Positions 49,935 to 54,926 of a stretch of 54,926 nucleotides of DNA are shown in pieces. Under the pieces are notes generated by a model. It saw only the letters and a program-made list of their open reading frames with translations. It searched no databases and was not told the DNA's origin. The stretch covers positions 1-54,926 of the forward strand of contig CALMZR010000248.1 of NCBI GenBank assembly GCA_937870845.1, in the 5' to 3' direction. Made by a program: the position numbers and the translations under genes. Source of the stretch: an uncultured Chloroflexota bacterium (GTDB lineage: Bacteria; Chloroflexota; Chloroflexia; Thermomicrobiales; UBA6265). Numbering within the stretch: position 1 is the first letter of the stretch; each line of letters starts with the position of its first letter.

Positions 49935-52073
49935 CTAGTTGAAGCCACCGCCACCGCCGCCACCCCCGCCGCCACCGCCGCCGAATCCACCGCCCCCAAA
50001 CCCGCCTCCGCCGAAGCTGGAGCCGCCGCTCCAGCCGCGGCCGCCTCCGCCGCTGCTCCAGCTCCCGGACGAGAACGCCTCGCCCGCCGAGTTGAACAGG
50101 TCGAACAGCGAACCCGACGAGGACTGAAGAGAGCGGCCGGCCTGGTCGCTGAAGTCCTGCAAGTCGGGAATGCTCCAGCCTCCGCCGCCGGGAACCGCTC
50201 CCCCGCCGCCGGGCGCGCCCGAGCCGCCCGACCCGGACCCCGACCCGCCCCAGCCGCCTGGAATGATGACGGTGCCGCCGTATGGGCCGTACCACGGTCT
50301 CGGGTAGGGATAGCGGCCCACGGGCCCTGGATACGGCGCGTCTTCGTCCCCGTACCAATCCGGGGCCGCCGTCGGCACGCGTGAGAACTTGTCGACCCAC
50401 GATGTTTCCAGCCCGAAGGCGATGGCGTAAGGCAGGTAGCGGTCGAACAGCCCCTGCGCCTCGTCGAGCTTCTCGTACCGCTCGATCGACTCCAGGTAAT
50501 TGCGGAAGGCCCGCCACTTCGCCGCGGCCTCGGCCCCGGCGCGGGTTTTCTGCGGCATGTAGCGGGAGATCGCCACCAGAATGAGACCGATCCCGAATAG
50601 GGCAGCGATCGGAACCCAGATCGCCGGGGCGATGCCCGCCAGCGAGCCGACGGCCACGCACCCGCCGATGACGGCCAGGATCGCCACGCCCATCCCGATC
50701 GACTTCCAACGCGAGCGCGTCCGCTCCGGCGAATGCGCAAAGTACCCCCGCGTCACCAGCTCGTCGTAGAGGTGGCGCTGAATCTCCGGCTGAGCGGCGG
50801 CGACGCGCCCCTTGACCTCCGACAGCTTCACCTGCTCCCCGGGCTTGATCTGGGTTCCAAACAGCGCCTCCAGCAATTCCCGTTCGAAGAGGGCAGCGCC
50901 CTCGCCTGTGGTGTTGGCCTTTAGCGTGAAGTCGCCCCCCCGGTTGAGGATGCCCTTCCCCTCCACCCGATCGATGCGCAGCACGCCGCGATGCCCAAGA
51001 TCGACCAACGTCGCCACGACGTCCCGTTGATCGACTTGCTCGTCCATTAGCGCGCCGATCACGCCGGGAGGCAGGTCGTCCGGCGGGTCCGGCAGAAACG
51101 CGGCGACCGGCCCCGCTTCCGGATCGCGCCCCCGCGTCCACCACGCCCCCAAGGCCGCTACGCTGCCTCCAACCGCCACCAGCAGCCCCAGCCCGAGAAA
51201 AACAAGCGAAAGTTGCGCCCCCCGCGCCTCCTGTTCGGCAAGCTCCTGCTCGCGACGGTCGCTGGCCGCCTGCCACGACGGCGCCTCCGCCGCCACCAGC
51301 CGCTCGAAGCGCAGCCCCGCCTCCAGCGAGTCCCCCTCCCCCAGGTCGCGCGCTGTCCACGTCCAGGTCTGGCCGTCCTGCGTGTGGTCGTCCGGATCGC
51401 CGCTGTGCGTCCCCTGGACGAACGTTCCCTCCGGATCGACCGGTCGCGGCAGCACGAAGCGCAACGTCGCCTCGTTCACCGGCGCATTGTCGGTAATCTC
51501 CCGGTCCACGCCGATCCAGGAGATCTGCTGAGCAGGGCCGGGAAACGAGGTTTCCCCCTCCTCGTACACACGCAGCGCCCCGTAGGCGTCGAGCTCCACC
51601 TGAAACGTTCGCTCTCGCGACGTAGTCGGGGGAAAACTCCATTCGACGCGGAGCTCCGGGCCCACTTGGCGGAAGGTGTAGGTGTTTGGCACATTGCTGG
51701 AGAACTGTCCCGGCGGCACGTACTGATACGGCTGCACCCCGCCGCCCTGAACCTCGCCCACACGGACGTTGTCGAAAGCTTCGATCCGCCCCAGCGGAAT
51801 CTCGCGGAAGCCGGTGCGAAACGGCCCCCCGCGGAAATCAATACGGTCGCGCTCGGTGACGTGGAACGACCCGTCCTGTCGCAGCTCGACCGTGACGTCG
51901 ATCTCGTCCCAGATGACCGACCGCCCACTTTGCGCCTGAACGGACGACACCAGTATGCCGCCTGGCGGCATCACCGAGGCGCCCATCACGAGCAGCAAGA
52001 CCACGCCGAGGATGGGCAATATCCGCCGCGCCGCGCCTAGTGCAATTCCCGAGGAACTCGATAGCTCGATCAT
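49935..52073 (-). CDS. DUF2207 family membrane protein with a poly-Gly C-terminal tail
   Basis: N-terminal signal, then IWDEIDVTVELRQDGSFHVTERDRIDFRGGPF (DUF2207-like), internal TM segments, and the tail GGGGRGWSGGSSFGGGGFGGGGFGGGGGGGGGGGGGFN. Confidence 0.8.
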   Translation of the reverse strand: MIELSSSSGIALGAARRILPILGVVLLLVMGASVMPPGGILVSSVQAQSGRSVIWDEIDVTVELRQDGSFHVTERDRIDFRGGPFRTGFREIPLGRIEAFDNVRVGEVQGGGVQPYQYVPPGQFSSNVPNTYTFRQVGPELRVEWSFPPTTSRERTFQVELDAYGALRVYEEGETSFPGPAQQISWIGVDREITDNAPVNEATLRFVLPRPVDPEGTFVQGTHSGDPDDHTQDGQTWTWTARDLGEGDSLEAGLRFERLVAAEAPSWQAASDRREQELAEQEARGAQLSLVFLGLGLLVAVGGSVAALGAWWTRGRDPEAGPVAAFLPDPPDDLPPGVIGALMDEQVDQRDVVATLVDLGHRGVLRIDRVEGKGILNRGGDFTLKANTTGEGAALFERELLEALFGTQIKPGEQVKLSEVKGRVAAAQPEIQRHLYDELVTRGYFAHSPERTRSRWKSIGMGVAILAVIGGCVAVGSLAGIAPAIWVPIAALFGIGLILVAISRYMPQKTRAGAEAAAKWRAFRNYLESIERYEKLDEAQGLFDRYLPYAIAFGLETSWVDKFSRVPTAAPDWYGDEDAPYPGPVGRYPYPRPWYGPYGGTVIIPGGWGGSGSGSGGSGAPGGGGAVPGGGGWSIPDLQDFSDQAGRSLQSSSGSLFDLFNSAGEAFSSGSWSSGGGGRGWSGGSSFGGGGFGGGGFGGGGGGGGGGGGGFN

Positions 52074-52148
52074 TCGTGCGAGGATACGGTACGCGCCGCA
52101 TCCCTCACCACTGCCGGTCAGCCCGGCGCGAAGTGCTACGCTTTTCCT

Positions 52149-52631
52149 ATGGCTACCGAGACTCGCATTCCGCAGTCGACGCGCGGCGGCAGAACCGGCG
52201 CGTACTCGCCGCAGGACGCCATCGCCGCCATGATCGATCGCGGCTACCGCATGACCGCACCGCGCCGCGCCATCATCGCCGCCGCGTTGCGCCAGGAGCG
52301 CCCCTTCACCGCGGAGCAGCTCGTCGCCGACGCCGCGACCAACGCCGGTGAAAGCGGCCGCTCCACCGTCTATCGCACCCTGGAGATCCTGGCCTCACTT
52401 GGCGTCCTCTCGCGCATCCTCGATGCCTCCGGCCGCCCCGTGTACGTCGCCGGCGCCCCCATCCACCGCCACCACCTCGTCTGCGCCGGATGCGGCACGG
52501 CGATCCCCTTCAACGCCTGCCCCGTCGGCGACCTCGCCGCGACATTGGCCCGCGAGAACGATTTCGAGGTCCACGGGCACCTCCTGGAGATTTTCGGCGC
52601 CTGCGGCGCCTGCCGCGCCGCCGCCCGCTAG
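52149..52631 (+). CDS. Fur family transcriptional regulator (Zur-like by context)
   Basis: RMTAPRRAIIAAAL...FTAEQL, STVYRTLEILASLGVL, HHHLVCAGCG and a C-terminal CGAC. Confidence 0.85.
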   Translation: MATETRIPQSTRGGRTGAYSPQDAIAAMIDRGYRMTAPRRAIIAAALRQERPFTAEQLVADAATNAGESGRSTVYRTLEILASLGVLSRILDASGRPVYVAGAPIHRHHLVCAGCGTAIPFNACPVGDLAATLARENDFEVHGHLLEIFGACGACRAAAR

Positions 52632-52654
52632 GCGCCAACGCGGCGGCCCACCCT

Positions 52655-52688
52655 CGTCTCATTCCGAGCGAAGCGAGGAGTCTCGACC
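52655..52688 (+). repeat. Repeat family R2, single copy
   Basis: cgtctcattccgagcgaagcgaggagtctcgacc. Confidence 0.7.
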
Positions 52689-52746
52689 GCGCATCGCGGC
52701 GTTGCCTAGAGGACCAAACTCCCACCTTGCTGACAATTGACACATC

Positions 52747-52776
52747 ATCTCATGTGAAGTTTGATACCCACGGGTC
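52747..52776 (+). promoter_or_regulatory. Candidate promoter with an embedded inverted repeat upstream of the metal ABC genes
   Basis: TTGACA-N18-TTGATA, with CACAT-N6-ATGTG between the boxes, in a locally AT-rich stretch 60 nt upstream of the ATPase start. Confidence 0.3.
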
Positions 52777-52836
52777 CCGGCGCCTCGCGGCCCACGCATC
52801 GATTGCCAGCGTCTGCACGCTGCACACGAGGGAACC

Positions 52837-53670
52837 GTGGACGTCAACATCGCTCCATCCACCCGCCCACGCGCAAGCACGGGAGTTCACCCGTCGCCCG
52901 ACAGCGCGGCGCGCTTCGCCGCCAGCCGCTCCCCGCGCCTCGAGACCGAGCATCTAAGCGTCCACTTCGAAGACCGCTCGGCGCTTGACGACGTCACACT
53001 CCGCTTCTTTCCGGGCGAGACGACATCCCTGGTCGGTCCCAATGGCGCGGGCAAGAGCACGCTCCTGAAGTGTCTCGCGGGCATACTCCCCCCGACACAC
53101 GGGGCGGTGCGGCTCGACGGGGAGCCCGTGCGCAGACCGAGTCCGCGGGTGACCTACGTGCCCCAACGTTCGGATGTCGACTGGCGCTTCCCGATCAGCG
53201 TGCTCGACGTGGCGCTGATGGGCCGAGCGCTCGGCGCCAGCCGGCTCTGGCCGGTTCCCCACCGCGACCGCCGCGCCGCGCTTACCGCCCTCGGCGCAGT
53301 CGGCATGCAGAGCTTCGCGTCGGTTCAGATCGGCGCCCTGTCCGGCGGTCAGCAACAGCGCGTCTTCCTCGCCCGCGCCATCCTCCAGGAGGCCGATGTC
53401 TTTCTGCTCGACGAGCCCTTCTCGGGCGTCGATGCCCCGACCCAATCGCTGGTCCTGGAGATCCTGGCCGGTCTGCGCCAGCAGGGGAAGACGATCGTCT
53501 TCGCCACCCACGACCTGGCCATGGCGCAAGAATCCGCCGACGCGTGCGTGCTGCTCAATCGCCGGGTCGTCGCCTCCGGGCCGCCCGCGGCCGTTCTCAC
53601 CATTGCAAACCTACAGGCGACCTTTGGCGGCGCGGCACTCACTCCCGGCATGCTCGCGATGGGCCGCTAA
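52837..53670 (+). CDS. Metal (Zn/Mn) ABC transporter ATP-binding protein, ZnuC/MntB-like
   Basis: Walker A GPNGAGKSTLLK, signature LSGGQQQRVFLARA, Walker B FLLDEPFSGVD. GTG start after GAGGGA. Confidence 0.87.
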   Translation: MDVNIAPSTRPRASTGVHPSPDSAARFAASRSPRLETEHLSVHFEDRSALDDVTLRFFPGETTSLVGPNGAGKSTLLKCLAGILPPTHGAVRLDGEPVRRPSPRVTYVPQRSDVDWRFPISVLDVALMGRALGASRLWPVPHRDRRAALTALGAVGMQSFASVQIGALSGGQQQRVFLARAILQEADVFLLDEPFSGVDAPTQSLVLEILAGLRQQGKTIVFATHDLAMAQESADACVLLNRRVVASGPPAAVLTIANLQATFGGAALTPGMLAMGR

Positions 53671-53675
53671 CGGCC

Positions 53676-54593
53676 ATGCTCTCGACGCTAACCGAACCTC
53701 TTGCTCATGCCTTCATGCAAAATGCCTTCGCCGCCATCGTGCTGGTCGGCGTCATCTGCGGCGTGATGGGCGTCTTCGTCACCTTGCGTGGCCTGGCCTT
53801 CATGGGCGACGCCATCGCGCACGCCGTCTTCCCCGGCGTCGTCATCTCCTACGTCGTCGGCGGCAACTTCCTCGTCGGGGCCATCGTCGCCGCGTCCATC
53901 GTCTCGCTCGCCATCGGCGTCGTCACCCAGAGCGGCCTGGTCCGCAACGACACCGCCATCGGCGTCTTCTTCGTCGGCGCCTTCGCCCTCGGCGTGGCGA
54001 TCATCTCGACCCAGCAGTCGTACGCCCGCGACGTCACCAACCTCCTCTTCGGCTCCATTCTCGGCGTGTCGCGGGACGACCTGGCGCTGACGGCTGTGGT
54101 CGGTCTTGGGGTCTTGGCCGTCCTCTGGCTTGTGCGACGCGAAGTCGTCACGATCTCCTTCGACCGCACCTACGCCCAGTCGCGCGGATTGAATCTCTGG
54201 GGCTGGGATCAGCTCTTCCTCCTGCTTCTGGCCCTGACGATCGTCATCTCCTTGCAGACCGTCGGCAACATCCTCGTCCTGGCCATGCTCGTCACCCCGG
54301 CCGCAACCGCCCGGCTCCTCACCGTCCGCCTCGTCCCGATGATCGTCGTCTCCGCCGCCATCGGCGCGTGTTCCGGCATCGTCGGGCTCTCTCTTTCCTA
54401 CTACCGCGGCGTCTCCTCCGGAGCCAGCATCGTGCTGGCGGCCACGGCCATCTTCATCGCCGTCTTCCTCTTCGCCCCACGCACCGGGGCCATCACCGCC
54501 CGCGTGGCCCGCCGCCTCCACTTCGGCCACCCGGAGCGGGATCAATGCGCGGAGGATCAACCGGCCGCCGAGGCCCGCGGACGGTGGGCCTGA
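53676..54593 (+). CDS. Metal ABC transporter permease, ZnuB/MntC (ABC-3) family
   Basis: FMQNAFAAIVLVGVICGVMGVFVTLRGLAFMGDAIAHAVFPGVV is the characteristic ABC-3 N-terminus. Confidence 0.87.
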   Translation: MLSTLTEPLAHAFMQNAFAAIVLVGVICGVMGVFVTLRGLAFMGDAIAHAVFPGVVISYVVGGNFLVGAIVAASIVSLAIGVVTQSGLVRNDTAIGVFFVGAFALGVAIISTQQSYARDVTNLLFGSILGVSRDDLALTAVVGLGVLAVLWLVRREVVTISFDRTYAQSRGLNLWGWDQLFLLLLALTIVISLQTVGNILVLAMLVTPAATARLLTVRLVPMIVVSAAIGACSGIVGLSLSYYRGVSSGASIVLAATAIFIAVFLFAPRTGAITARVARRLHFGHPERDQCAEDQPAAEARGRWA

Positions 54594-54611
54594 ACGAACA
54601 GGAGAGCAGCC

Positions 54612-54926
54612 ATGAGCGACAGCGCCGTTTCAATTCGCCGTCTCAACCCGGAGAAAATGCCGAAGCCGTACGGCTACTCCCAGGTCGTCGACGTCCGCGG
54701 CGGGCGAACCGTCTACGTCTCCGGCCAGGTTCCGCTGGATGAGCGCAACGAGCTCGTGGGCGCCGGCGACTTCGCAGCGCAAGCTCGCCAAACGTTCGAA
54801 AACGTGCGCCGCGCCCTGGACGCCGTCGGCCTCACCTTCGCCGATGTCGTCAAGGTGCAGCTGTACCTCACCGACATGGGCAAAATGCTCGCACTGCGCG
54901 ACGTGCGCGACGAATTCCGCCCAGCC
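54612..54926 (+). CDS. RidA/YjgF/UK114 family protein (partial, runs off the window end)
   Basis: AGGAGAG precedes the ATG. The frame is open to the last base. PKPYGYSQVVDVRGGRTVYVSGQVPLD...FADVVKVQLYLTDM. Confidence 0.78.
   Translation, partial: MSDSAVSIRRLNPEKMPKPYGYSQVVDVRGGRTVYVSGQVPLDERNELVGAGDFAAQARQTFENVRRALDAVGLTFADVVKVQLYLTDMGKMLALRDVRDEFRPA

Noticed and set aside
49939-50127. Poly-proline ORF (MKPPPPPPPPPPPPPNPPPP...)
   Set aside because: It is the reverse-complement reading of the (GGN)n tract that encodes the DUF2207 poly-Gly tail.
48802-51642. 946-aa minus-strand ORF
   Set aside because: It is an alternative frame of the DUF2207 and zinc-ribbon genes and antisense to larC. It is strongly Arg/Gly/Pro-biased.
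4332-52688. Possibility that the short repeats form a CRISPR array
   Set aside because: The copies are dispersed over 48 kb, occur in both orientations, and lack regular repeat-spacer periodicity. No cas genes are present. They behave like REP/MITE-type elements.

Overview
This is a 54.9 kb, very GC-rich (roughly 68-70%) and densely coding bacterial chromosomal window. Tat-type signal peptides are common and there is a coenzyme F420 gene set, which fits a Chloroflexota/Thermomicrobia-like or actinobacterium-like genome. I cannot assign taxonomy from sequence alone. All protein calls come from reading the supplied ORF translations for family-diagnostic motifs; no database search was run.

I support about 48 genes:
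- Two tRNAs: tRNA-Leu(UAG) and a 95-nt tRNA-Sec(UCA).
- metH.
- A PPOX-cofD-cofC-cofE-fgd-like F420 operon.
- An FMN riboswitch (RFN element) leading a Dpp/Opp-type ABC importer that has no ATPase genes. The importer is followed by an unusual PPOX::FbiB-C-terminal-like nitroreductase fusion.
- A quinone/catechol detoxification cluster: VOC protein, ring-cleaving dioxygenase, carboxylesterase, YceI and HxlR.
- A proline-racemase / two serine-hydrolase / GGT operon.
- A RecQ helicase with a ~300-aa N-terminal extension.
- A DDAH-like / Pot-type ABC / M20 peptidase operon.
- larC, a DUF2207 protein plus a zinc-ribbon membrane protein, and Fur-family + ZnuCB-like genes.

Three distinct REP-like intergenic repeat families occur in the window. 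The locus downstream of tRNA-Sec looks like a decayed integrated element: a degenerate copy of the tRNA 3' half, an amber-interrupted toxin-like gene with an antitoxin-like partner, a Cys-rich Tat protein, and microsatellite-rich non-coding DNA.

Many long Arg/Pro/Gly-rich ORFs in the track are off-frame or antisense artefacts of the high GC content and were rejected.
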